Shown: positions 19,401-28,586, counted from the first letter of the stretch. The stretch: DNA of 64,000 nucleotides from Candidatus Latescibacterota bacterium (GCA_965222075.1 OZ244937.1:64001-128000), one strand, 5' to 3'. Numbers and translations are program-made. The notes: generated by a model from the letters alone, not told the origin.

Positions 19401-21604
19401 CTCAACAAGGGCCTGGCGGTATTCCGTCCGGCTATGACCATACGGCTGGAGGAGGAGAGTCGCGGCTTCGCCAATCCCGACTTTGCACCGCTCAATATTC
19501 ACTATAAAGAGCAGGTACTGCAGATCCATGTGATGGTGGAATTTGCGCAGCGGGGCTTCGACGACATGGCCGACGCCCTGCGTCTGGCCATTGACTACTT
19601 CAGCCTGAATCAGGAGGATTTCCTTCGCCGCTGGCTGCCAGATCGGGACAGGGAGATTGCGAGGGAGACCACGCCCGAATCGTGGCGAGCCATCGTCGAA
19701 AGCCTGAAGAATCCCATCCAGCAACGCATTGTCGCGGATGATCGGGAGCAGACAAACGTGCTGGTGCTCGCCGGCCCCGGCTCGGGTAAGACGCGAGTGC
19801 TGGTGCATCGTATCGCCTACCTGGTGCGCGCAAGGCGCGAGAATCCCCACGGCATTCTGGCGCTGGCCTACAATCGGCACGCGGCAGTCGAGATCCGGCG
19901 TCGTCTCGGCGATCTGATCGGCGACGACGCCCGCGGGGTAACCGTGCTCACCTGTCATGCGCTGGCCATGCGAATAGTCGGCGTCAGCTTCCAGGAGCGG
20001 GAGAGGCACCTGCTTGATGACGGTGCATTCCGGGAGGTGCTGCGCCAGGCAGTGGCGCTGTTGCGCGGCGAGGGGCTGGAGCCGGAGGAAGCGGACGATC
20101 AGCGGGAACGGCTCCTCGCGGGTTTCCGCTGGATCCTGGTGGACGAATACCAGGACATCGGTGCGGATCAATACGAGTTGATATCGGCCCTGGCCGGACG
20201 GACCCTGAAAGACGAGGATCGCAAGCTCACCCTGTTCGCAGTAGGTGACGACGATCAGAATATCTACGCCTTCAACGGTGCTTCGGTGGAGTTCATCCGT
20301 CGTTTCGAGGCGGATTACGGGCCGAAGCCCACCTACCTGACCGACAACTACCGTTCCACCGGCCACATCATCGCAGCGGCCAACGCGCTGATCAACCCGG
20401 CGCGACAAAGGATGAAGACCGGACATCCCATCCGCATTGACCGGGCGCGTGCGAAGAATCCGCCCGGCGGTGACTGGGATGCGCTGGATCCGCTCACTCA
20501 CGGTCGAGTCCAGATTCTGTCCACCCGGCGTGATCCGATCTCACAAACGCAGGCTGCGATGACGGAGTTGCAGCGCCTCGCCACCCTCTCGCCGGACTGG
20601 GACTGGTCCAAATGCGCAGTGATCGCACGCGAATGGAAGTATCTGGATCCGGTGCGCGCATTCTGCGAAGTCCACCGTATCCCGGTGCAGATGGGGAACG
20701 AAGAAATTCCGAGCTTCTGGCACCTGCGAGAGACCCGGGCATTTTTTGAATGGCTGCGCGGACGGGAGACTCGGATCGTGGGCAGTGCTGATCTGAGGGG
20801 CTGGCTGGATGCGCAAACGCCTGGCCCGTGGAACGACCTGCTGCGGCAAGCCCTGGACGAGTATGCACTGGAAGCCGGCGGCGCGGAAGTGCCGGTGGAC
20901 CACTTCGTCGAGTGGCTGGCCGAGTGGGGGAGAGACGTACGCCGCCGCCAGCGCGGGCTCTTGCTGTTGACTGCGCACCGCGCCAAGGGATTGGAATTCG
21001 CGAGGATCCGGACGCGCCGCGCAGGCTCTACTACGTGGCCATGACGCGTGCCCGGCAGACCCTTGCGCTCGTGCGTTTTCAGGGATCGAGCCCCGCAGCA
21101 GGTACCACGCGGCCTGATTTTGTGAAGGAGCCTGAACCCCCGGCGTACCTGGGGGGCTTGCACTCGCTGCCGTATGCACTTCCGAACAACGGCTCGGTTT
21201 TGTACCGCACATCCAGCGGCTTGCAGCCGGAAACCCTGGAACTCGAACTCGCACGTCAATATCGGCGACCCAGTCTGCGTGAGGTCAATCTGGGCTTCGC
21301 GGGGCGTCGCCACGTCAATCATCCGGTGCATCGTGCGATTGCTGCCCTGTCGCCCGGCGATCAGTTAGAAACGCGGATTGCCAAAACTGGATCCTGGGAA
21401 TTGCTGGACCGGTCAGGGACGGTGGTAGGGCGTCTTGCCCAGGCGTTTGAACCCCCACCGGGAACGCGATGCAGATCCGCCACGGTCTTCGCCGTCGTGG
21501 CCTGGAGCCGCGAAGCATCGGAGCCGCAGTACCGCGACCACACGAAATGCGATGCCTGGGAGGTTGTGGTGCCGGAGCTGGTGTTCGAGCCGGACCGCGA
21601 ATAA
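16467..21604 (+). pseudogene. 3'-5' exonuclease-like / RecQ / UvrD multidomain helicase, frame broken near 21000
   Basis: SLDLE and GHN...FD (DEDD-like); PTGTGKS, DEAH, ATNAFGMGIDK, QEAGRAGRD (RecQ); AGPGSGKT, DEYQD, GDDDQ, NYRS, HRAKGLEF (UvrD); RRLYYVAMTRAR continues in the -1 frame (ORF 20828-21604). Confidence 0.8.
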
Positions 21605-21619
21605 TCCGTCGGCGACCAC

Positions 21620-21718
21620 TTTCGCCTCCTGCGCCTTCGGGGCGGGGGGAAGGGGCTTTTCCGCGCAGATCCCCCCAGCACCACCGCCCAAAAACGCCCA
21701 AAAGGTCCGCAGGGCAGA
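21620..21718 (-). repeat. Right 99-bp inverted repeat of helicase cassette
   Basis: Starts 16 nt after the TAA at 21604; partner of 16165-16263. Confidence 0.9.
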
Positions 21719-21774
21719 AGCTTCCGCTTCCACCCCAGGGGCTATTCGCGGAAAAGTAGCCCCCCTTCTTTTTC

Positions 21775-22202
21775 GGCCTTTTTCTTGGGCGGGCCAGCAA
21801 TTTCCGGTTAGGATTTTGCTGGAGTCAAAAAGCTGTTAAAATCCTCATAAGATATTTATAAATAAAATGTTAAGCATAATAACTTGCTTCGACACGACCG
21901 ATATCTACCTTGGATAACCCTGCCAAACGGCGCTCTCGGAACCCATCGCCTTCGGGATGGCGTCCAGATTGCTCGACTCGACTGCTCTTTGATCAAAAAG
22001 ACTGCGCCGAAAGGCCCAAATCGTCCAAAAGGCCGTTGGAAAGGCCTCGTTTGTATCCGATTTTTCGCTCGGAATCCTTAAGCAGGATGGTATGGCAAGA
22101 AAGGCTTCTGAGTTAAATCTTTGTTTCTAATTGTCTTATTAAACGTTCCTCTAACAAGCAATTTTCTAACCGGAAACTACTGGGGCGGGCAAGAAAAAGG
22201 CC
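21775..22202. mobile_element. MITE-like AT-rich element with 46-bp imperfect terminal inverted repeats
   Basis: 21775-21820 vs reverse complement of 22157-22202: 37/46 identical; no credible ORF inside. Confidence 0.5.
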
Positions 22203-22382
22203 AAGAACAAAAGAACAGTTGGACCCGGGTATCTACCGAAAGGTTATTTTCCAAGTTGCTTCTCAATGCTTCTGACGCGGGTGGATGGCTCTCGCAGACC
22301 CTCGACAGGAGCCGGAAGGCGGAGAAACTGATTCGGGAACACAAGGGCCGCACCCACCCAGCCTGCCCCGCACCATTTTCCC

Positions 22383-22411
22383 TTGCTTAAATCGTCGAGT
22401 AAGGATATTTT
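22383..22411 (+). promoter_or_regulatory. Candidate sigma70 promoter TTGCTT-N17-TATTTT (duplicate copy)
   Basis: Hexamers identical to 50525-50553; differences confined to the spacer. Confidence 0.4.
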
Positions 22412-22463
22412 TACTGCAGAAGGGGCCGCCGCAGTGCCAAGAACCGGCACGACGTGGCCTGGT

Positions 22464-22660
22464 GGAAGGGGCGGCCTACGAGCACTACGGTCCGCTGCAG
22501 AGCGGTCAAGGACTGCGTTATGTCGGTGACATCCTCCAGTTCGTCCATCAAGCGCTGGCCGGCGCCTGAGGCTGTCCTGGAAGCGCTTCGCGCGTGGTCC
22601 GCTGTCCAGGCTGAGAGGCACGGGGACCTGGTGGGGCCACCGGAAGGCCCGGGTTGCCCG
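22464..22660 (+). pseudogene. Remnant of HEPN-MNT toxin-antitoxin pair
   Basis: Encodes EGAAYEHYGPLQS...ALAGA*; the MNT start ATG is retained but its core is deleted at a CTGGTGG microhomology (22628-22634). Confidence 0.85.
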
Positions 22661-22769
22661 GGGGTCTGATCCTGCGTGGATTGTTCTAAAGGAGTCCGGG
22701 TGGTGTTCCACAGAGGATGGCAGCCTTATCTGGCTGCCATCTCTTTATCGGTTGTGATAGGAGGTTGAG

Positions 22770-23975
22770 ATGGCCACACCAGGGCAGGTGCGGATCGGTA
22801 TTGTGGGGTTGGGACCGCGCGGCAGGCGGGCGTGGATGAAAAATCTGCTGCGAATCAAGACGTGCAGGGTGACGGCCCTCTGTGATAAGGTCGAGGCCCT
22901 TGTGCAGCAGGCTTATGAGGAGGCGGGAGATCCGGATATTACGTGCTATACCGATTATGAGAAGATGCTGAAGGAGGCGAAGATCGACGCGGTGGCGATT
23001 GTGGCAGCGCCGCACGATCAGCCGGATCTGATCTGCCGGGCGATGGAGACGGGCAAGCATGCGGCCTGCGAGGTGTCGCTGACGTACGATATGGACGATT
23101 TGTGGCGGGTGGTGGTTGCGGTGGAGCGGAGCGGGCTGAAGTTTCAGATGGCGGAACAGGTGATGTACCATGCGTTTGTGAATGCATGGCGGAAGATGGT
23201 TCTGGAGGGGAAACTCGGTCATATCATTTTTGCCGAGGGGCAGTATCTTCACGGGATGACGTCGGACCGCTTCTGGGTGGATTCCGAGACCGGGGAGCGG
23301 ATCACTCTGGAGGAAGCTAAGGGTCATCCGAGGGCGGTAAAGAGCAGGATGTGGAACTGGTATCCACATCCGATCCTTTATATGGCCACCGATCTGGGGC
23401 CGATTTTGACGGTTCTGGAGGACCGGGTGGAGCGGGTGACATGCATGGCCACGCGTCCGGAAAGTTACTATTATGAGGGGATTCCGGCGTCCGATATCGA
23501 GGTGGCGTTGATGCACACGGAGAAGGATACGATTATCCGGATGGCAAGCGGGTTTACGTATGCGACCACCCCCCGTAACCACCACTGGTGGCACCTGGAG
23601 GGGACGAAGGGGAAGGTGGAGACCGCTCGTTCCGCGGAGATCTACGGTGGGGCTTCGGGGGTGGACACTCCGAAGATGTGGCTGGAGAGTTCCGGAAAGG
23701 AAGGCATGCAGTCGGTGGAGTGGCAGTATTCGCTCGATGAGCTTCCGGCGGCGGCGGTGGGGAGCGGGCATGGGAATATGGACTATTTTGCGCTGTCTTC
23801 TTTTTTGGATGCGATTCTGAACGATTCGGAGCCGCCGCTGGACGTGTACAAGTCTGCGGACTTGACGGCCCCGGCGATTGTGGCCGTGCAGTCGGTGGAG
23901 CAGGGGAGCGCGTGCCTGGAGGTGCCGGATTTCAGGCCTTCTGAGAAGCGGAGGGCGGGGGAGCTTCCGGAATAA
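22770..23975 (+). CDS. Gfo/Idh/MocA family NAD(P)-dependent oxidoreductase (GH109-like subgroup)
   Basis: IGIVGLGPRG, GKHAACEV, AEGQYLH, GSGHGNMDY, EVPDFR; RBS AGGAGG. Confidence 0.9.
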   Translation: MATPGQVRIGIVGLGPRGRRAWMKNLLRIKTCRVTALCDKVEALVQQAYEEAGDPDITCYTDYEKMLKEAKIDAVAIVAAPHDQPDLICRAMETGKHAACEVSLTYDMDDLWRVVVAVERSGLKFQMAEQVMYHAFVNAWRKMVLEGKLGHIIFAEGQYLHGMTSDRFWVDSETGERITLEEAKGHPRAVKSRMWNWYPHPILYMATDLGPILTVLEDRVERVTCMATRPESYYYEGIPASDIEVALMHTEKDTIIRMASGFTYATTPRNHHWWHLEGTKGKVETARSAEIYGGASGVDTPKMWLESSGKEGMQSVEWQYSLDELPAAAVGSGHGNMDYFALSSFLDAILNDSEPPLDVYKSADLTAPAIVAVQSVEQGSACLEVPDFRPSEKRRAGELPE

Positions 23976-24006
23976 AGGGCTGTTCCGACAAATGGGAGGT
24001 GACACG

Positions 24007-24942
24007 ATGGCATCTGGATTTCTGGAACGTCTGAACGAGGGGCCGCTGCTCGGCGACGGGGGTTACTACCTGGAGCTGGAGCGGCGGTGTCTGGGGAGTT
24101 TCGACAAGGGCGTGCCCTGGGCTGTGCTGGATCATCCGGAGGGTGTGCTGGAGCTGCACAGAGAGTTCGCGCGGGCAGGCGCAGAGGTGCTGCAGGCAAT
24201 GGCGTGGGGCGTGGGGAAGCTGGACCGGGACGAGGAGCTGCACCGCACGGCGGTTGAGCTTGCCCGGGAGGCGGCCGGGCCGAACCGGTTCGTGGCGGGC
24301 ACCCTCAGCCCGGCGGGGATCGGGCAGTACCAAAGGCGGTCGCCCATTACCGAAAAGGAGAGGCGCGAGGCGCAGGCGTTTTTCGAGCGACGGGTGGGAC
24401 AGCAGGTTGCCGCCGGGGTGGACCTGTTTATCGTGGAGACGTTTTACTCTGTAGAGGAAGCATCGCTGGGGTTGCCGTATATCAAAGATGCCGGCTTACC
24501 TGCTGTGGTGACACTGGAGTACAAGTCGGGAGAATATACGTCCGACCGGTACCTGCCGGATGAGGCTGCAAAGCGGCTGGTGGATTTTGGGGCCGATGTG
24601 GTAGGGATAAACTGCGGCCGGCCCTGGTACATGTACCGCGATATTATACACAAGATGATGGCGGCGGTGTCGGCGCCGATCTGCGCCCAGCCCTTGGCTT
24701 ATGTCCTGGAGAATGGGGCGGAGTATACACGGGAAATCGCCTCAGGCTCAAGCGTGCATTTCGAACTCCGGCACCAGCCCCGGCGAGAGATGGCCGATTA
24801 TGCGAGGGACGCGTGGGATATGGGGGTCAAGTTCATCGGGGCCTGCTGCGGAGCGTTGCCCTACCACATCCGGGCGATGGCCGAGGCGATCGGGAAGCCG
24901 ACGGAGATCCCGGACCGGGCCGGGCCTTATCAGCTTCAGTGA
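24007..24942 (+). CDS. Homocysteine S-methyltransferase family protein, BHMT-like (paralogue 3)
   Basis: ATG 24007 after GGAGGT; FLERLNEGPLLGDGG, LHREFARAG, GINC, IGACCG.LPYHIRAMAE. Confidence 0.9.
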   Translation: MASGFLERLNEGPLLGDGGYYLELERRCLGSFDKGVPWAVLDHPEGVLELHREFARAGAEVLQAMAWGVGKLDRDEELHRTAVELAREAAGPNRFVAGTLSPAGIGQYQRRSPITEKERREAQAFFERRVGQQVAAGVDLFIVETFYSVEEASLGLPYIKDAGLPAVVTLEYKSGEYTSDRYLPDEAAKRLVDFGADVVGINCGRPWYMYRDIIHKMMAAVSAPICAQPLAYVLENGAEYTREIASGSSVHFELRHQPRREMADYARDAWDMGVKFIGACCGALPYHIRAMAEAIGKPTEIPDRAGPYQLQ

Positions 24943-24990
24943 AGACCCCTCCCCTAAAGGGAAGGGGGCCGGGGGGTCAGGTTCAGGAGG
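24943..24990 (+). repeat. Short copy of the GC-rich REP-like element
   Basis: GACCCCTCCCC...AGGGAAGGGGG.CGGGGGGT.AGGTTCAGGAGG matches both ends of 13900-14026. Confidence 0.7.
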
Positions 24991-24996
24991 TGCTGT

Positions 24997-25413
24997 ATGG
25001 GCCAAGAATGTCCCGGTGAGTTCAGGGTGGTCGGGTATGAGGTCCAGAACTTTGTCGGGGATTTTAGTGCTGCGATTACGGCGATCCGCAGGCTCCGAGA
25101 ATCGCGCGGCTCAGGGAGGAGTACGGGCTTGAGGAGGTGGTGGCGGGGTGCGGGACGGAGTTTGAGGGGTTGGGACCCGAGCGGGTCGAGGCTGGCCGTG
25201 ACCCTGTCACACTGTATGCCGTTTTTCGACCATTATGAGATTCGCATCGATGAGGGAGCGTGGGAACGGTGCGAGGAGAGTTTCGAGTGGCCGATGCAGG
25301 AGGGGGTGCATTCGCTGGCGTGCCGGGGAGTGAATACGATGAACCGTCCGGGTATTTCAAGCCGGATTGAGGTGGCGTACGCCCGTCCGCCGTCGGGGAC
25401 CGGGTATTATTGA
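24997..25413 (+). pseudogene. Decayed transglutaminase-like domain protein gene (frameshift plus core deletion)
   Basis: -1 frame 25071-25169 reads CDYGDPQAPRIARLREEYGLEEVVAGCGTEFEG; frame 0 from 25171 gives an Ig-like tail (...MPFFDHYEIRID.G.W...FEW...G.HSL..R.VN); family recalled from memory. Confidence 0.5.
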
Positions 25414-25436
25414 TAAGTTAAAAGGAGGATCGAAAG

Positions 25437-26306
25437 ATGGCGAAGGATTTGATGGAGATGCTGGGGGAGGGCATTGTGCTGGGGGACGGCGGAATGTACC
25501 TGGAGGCACTCTGGCGCGGGTACGGCGTGCCCGAGATCATCGGGTCGCACCCGGAGGCATTGCGGCAGATCCACCAGGACTTTTACAATGCCGGTTCGCA
25601 GGTGCTTCAGGCGCTGACCTGGTTTACGTCGGGTGCGCAGCTGGAGGCGAAGTACGGCTGGGGCGATCGGGTGGAAGAGATCAATCGAACGGGGATTCGG
25701 GCGGCGAAGGAGGCGTCCAACGGGGAGGCGCCGGTGGGGGGGTGTCTGGTGTCTACGAGGACGGGGTCGCGGCTGGGGGATCCGGTTTTCGATCCGGACG
25801 ATCCGTCGTCGCACGCCCGGGCGCAGGCAGAGTGGGAGGATCAGATTGCGATCCTGGTGGATGCGGGCGCGGATTTTCTGATTCCCGAGACGTTTGCCCG
25901 GTTGGACGAGGTGCGGTTGTGTCTGGAGAGCTGTAAGAAGACCGACGTGCCGACGATGGTGCTGCTGGGAATGGGGAGCCGGAACGAGACTCAGGACGGA
26001 GTTAAGGCAGCGGAGTGCGCACGGATCCTGGCCGGAGACGGGGCGGATATCGTGGGCACGGTCTGCATCGGGGGTCCCGAGCAGATGCTGCCGACCGCGC
26101 TGGAGATGCGGGAGGCGGTGGATGTGCCGATCGCCTGCCAGCCGAAGGGGTTCAAGCAGAATCAGAAATACAATGTCGTTCCGCCGGAAGAGATGGGGGA
26201 GTTTGCGGTGAAGGCGAAGGCGGAAGGGATTAATTACATCGGCTGCTGCTGCGGCACGGGTCCTTTGCACATTCGGGCGATGGCGGAGGCGCTGGGGCTC
26301 AAGTAG
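25437..26306 (+). CDS. Homocysteine S-methyltransferase family protein (paralogue 4)
   Basis: Near-duplicate of 15179-16081 including RBS and 3' flank; GTVC, IGCCCG. Confidence 0.9.
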   Translation: MAKDLMEMLGEGIVLGDGGMYLEALWRGYGVPEIIGSHPEALRQIHQDFYNAGSQVLQALTWFTSGAQLEAKYGWGDRVEEINRTGIRAAKEASNGEAPVGGCLVSTRTGSRLGDPVFDPDDPSSHARAQAEWEDQIAILVDAGADFLIPETFARLDEVRLCLESCKKTDVPTMVLLGMGSRNETQDGVKAAECARILAGDGADIVGTVCIGGPEQMLPTALEMREAVDVPIACQPKGFKQNQKYNVVPPEEMGEFAVKAKAEGINYIGCCCGTGPLHIRAMAEALGLK

Positions 26307-26324
26307 GGACCAGCCAGGCAAAGA

Positions 26325-26396
26325 CCTGTCTGCCTGCTTGCCTGTCTGCCTTCGGCACAGGCAGGCGCGCTGCGCGCAGGCAGGCGCACAGGCAGG
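26325..26396. repeat. Nested CCTGTCTGCC/CAGGCAGG REP-like cluster
   Basis: Two left arms, TTC loop, three CAGGCAGG right arms. Confidence 0.7.
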
Positions 26397-26411
26397 CGCG
26401 GAGGATATTCG

Positions 26412-27596
26412 GTGGAGGAGATACGGATTGGCATCGCGGGGCTTGGTGGCCGCGCCCTGGCCTGGATCCGGCTGCTGCAAAGGATCCCTGGCTACCGCAT
26501 CACGGCGATCTGCGACTGGATCGAGCCGCTGTATGAGCGGGCGCTGGCGGAGATCGACTATCGCGACGACGTGAAGGTGTTCAGGGATTACGAGGATTTC
26601 CTCGGTTACGACGGGATCGATGCAGTCGGCCTGGTGGTACGGCAGAAAGAGGTGGGGGCGATGGCGACGCAGGCCCTGGAGGCGGGAAAACACGTGAACA
26701 GCGAGGTTCCGGCGGCCTACACCCTGGAGGATTGCTGGCGGATCGTGACGGCGGTGGAACGGACAGGACTGGTGTACAGTTTGGCAGAGCAGACGCGGTA
26801 CTGGGGGTTGGCGGAGGGGTGGCGGAAGCTGGTCTCAGAGGGACGACTGGGGAAGATCACCTACGCCGAGGGACAGTATATCCATTACATTGGCACTGGG
26901 CGGTGGTTTAGGGATTACAGGACGGGGAGGTTCTGTTCGATCGAGGAGCGGACAGATCACCCGGAAGCGGAGCCGGTCGAACACAGGCCGCCGATCATTG
27001 CCGCCTCCTATGACCTGAGTATCCTTTTGAAGGTCCTGGACGACCGTGTGGTGGAGGTGACTGCGATGGGTACGAAGTCACCCAGCTATGCGCATCCGGA
27101 GATAAGACGACCCGATTTTCAAGTTGCCTTGATGAAGACGGAAAAGGATACGCTGATCCGTATGCTGGACGGCCACACCCAACCGCGTCCACACGGCGAT
27201 TATCACTGGTGGCAGTTGATCGGGACGAAGGGCAGCGCCGAGTGGCGGCGGTCGCTTGGAGACAAGCCGAAGGTGTGGTTTGCCGACACCCAGATGAATG
27301 ACTGGGCAGAGGTGGACTGGCGGTACGAGCGCACGGATGCGCTCCCTGAGGCGCGGGGCAGCGGCCACAGCGATGCGGATTATTATGTGCACGCGAATTT
27401 TCGAGATGCGGTGCTGGCGGGTAAGCCGCTGGATTTTGACGTATACAGGGTGATGGACACGATGGCGCCGGCTGTTCTGGCGGTCGATTCGATCGAGGTG
27501 GGGAGCAGGCTGATGCGCGTGCCGGATTTTCGTCCAGGCGCAGACCGAACTGCGGGGGAGATGCCCGAGGATCTGGGAGGAATTGGGGTAAGGTAA
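26412..27596 (+). CDS. Gfo/Idh/MocA family oxidoreductase
   Basis: GTG after GGAGG; IGIAGLGGR, GKHVNSEVP, AEGQYIH, GSGHSDADY, RVPDFRP; paralogue of 22770-23975. Confidence 0.9.
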   Translation: MEEIRIGIAGLGGRALAWIRLLQRIPGYRITAICDWIEPLYERALAEIDYRDDVKVFRDYEDFLGYDGIDAVGLVVRQKEVGAMATQALEAGKHVNSEVPAAYTLEDCWRIVTAVERTGLVYSLAEQTRYWGLAEGWRKLVSEGRLGKITYAEGQYIHYIGTGRWFRDYRTGRFCSIEERTDHPEAEPVEHRPPIIAASYDLSILLKVLDDRVVEVTAMGTKSPSYAHPEIRRPDFQVALMKTEKDTLIRMLDGHTQPRPHGDYHWWQLIGTKGSAEWRRSLGDKPKVWFADTQMNDWAEVDWRYERTDALPEARGSGHSDADYYVHANFRDAVLAGKPLDFDVYRVMDTMAPAVLAVDSIEVGSRLMRVPDFRPGADRTAGEMPEDLGGIGVR

Positions 27597-27614
27597 TTAG
27601 AGATCAGGAGGGTC

Positions 27615-28511
27615 ATGAGGATGAAACCCATGGATTTGGGCGAGGCAGTCGATAGAATACACGAGAAAATCTCACCCTGGTTTGAGGGGAACGAAGCGTT
27701 AGAACGAGCCTGGAAACTCCTGGTGGCGAGTTTTCCGCGCCGCTCTGAAAGTCCTGGGAAGGGAAGAATGGAGGGGATGAGCATAGATGATCGCTGGTTG
27801 CCTCCATCGCCACACAAAGAGAAGGTGTTGAGGGTCATCCGTGAAGGACTGGGCCACATCGTGGTACGCGGGAACAATGTCTCCCCTCTGTTCGTGTCCA
27901 AATGGGGCGGGGTTATGGAACTTTCCAGCGTGCGATGGGACGGGAAAGGACTTGCAGCCTTTTGTGATTCTTCGACAGCCGGTCAGACCAGGCATCCGGA
28001 CCCCTGCGCTGCGCTGGATGAGCTAAAAGGGCTTCTCAAGGATGAGCCTGAATCGGTCAAGACGGACAAAGACCGTCTAAATCAACTCATAGACGACCTG
28101 GATCTGATGTACTCCAATATGCAAAGGCGTTGCGAGGAATACGAAAGGTTTTCAGCCGACATCGTTCATCTACACCAACAGATGGAGAAAGTGAGCAGGC
28201 CCGATACAGTGCAGGCCCGTCGGAAGTTGAGCGAAATCCGTACTGCGCTGCAAGCGTCTAAACCGGAACAGGTGCACAAACTTGCTGAGGTCGTACGGCG
28301 CATAGGGGGGGATTTGGAAAGATGCCTCTCAAAGCATAAAGACCTGGCAGTTAAAGTCGGCAGATTATATGAGAATATCAAGGGTGGCAGAGAATGGAGA
28401 GAAGGGCAGGCCCTGTACCTGGACGGCTGGATGAGGTTCACGGACGGACGGTATGAAAAATCAGCGAATCCATTGAGTGTCGAGACAACCGTAAACGGGG
28501 AGGAAACGTAG
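27615..28511 (+). CDS. Hypothetical protein with coiled-coil-like C-terminal half
   Basis: 298-aa ORF after AGGAGG; lower GC than flanks; no recognised motif. Confidence 0.65.
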   Translation: MRMKPMDLGEAVDRIHEKISPWFEGNEALERAWKLLVASFPRRSESPGKGRMEGMSIDDRWLPPSPHKEKVLRVIREGLGHIVVRGNNVSPLFVSKWGGVMELSSVRWDGKGLAAFCDSSTAGQTRHPDPCAALDELKGLLKDEPESVKTDKDRLNQLIDDLDLMYSNMQRRCEEYERFSADIVHLHQQMEKVSRPDTVQARRKLSEIRTALQASKPEQVHKLAEVVRRIGGDLERCLSKHKDLAVKVGRLYENIKGGREWREGQALYLDGWMRFTDGRYEKSANPLSVETTVNGEET

Positions 28512-28586
28512 GGGAATGGGGGTCTGTATGGAGGCGGAGTACAATTGCGACTACCGGCGGGAAGGGATTGAAAGGAGGACTTGAGG

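Larger units (their letters stand above)
16165..21718. mobile_element. Putative non-autonomous IR-bounded cassette carrying the helicase gene
   Basis: 99-bp inverted repeats bracket a single large gene unrelated to its neighbours; no transposase and no target-site duplication seen. Confidence 0.5.
22346..22831 (+). repeat. Internally deleted duplicate of 50492-51502
   Basis: Shared upstream block (CGCACCATTTTCCCTTGCTTAAATC...AAGGATATTTTTA), HEPN 3' end, both MNT ends, intergenic region and first ~21 codons of the Gfo gene. Confidence 0.9.

Noticed and set aside
20994-21009. GAATTC-GCGA-GGATCC looks like an EcoRI/BamHI polylinker at the helicase break
   Set aside because: Both sites are natural codons of flanking motifs (GAA TTC = EF; GAG GAT CCG = EDP); no vector sequence nearby
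20980-21044. Programmed -1 frameshift in the helicase
   Set aside because: No X XXY YYZ slippery heptamer, and conserved residues are missing, so shifting would not restore a normal domain
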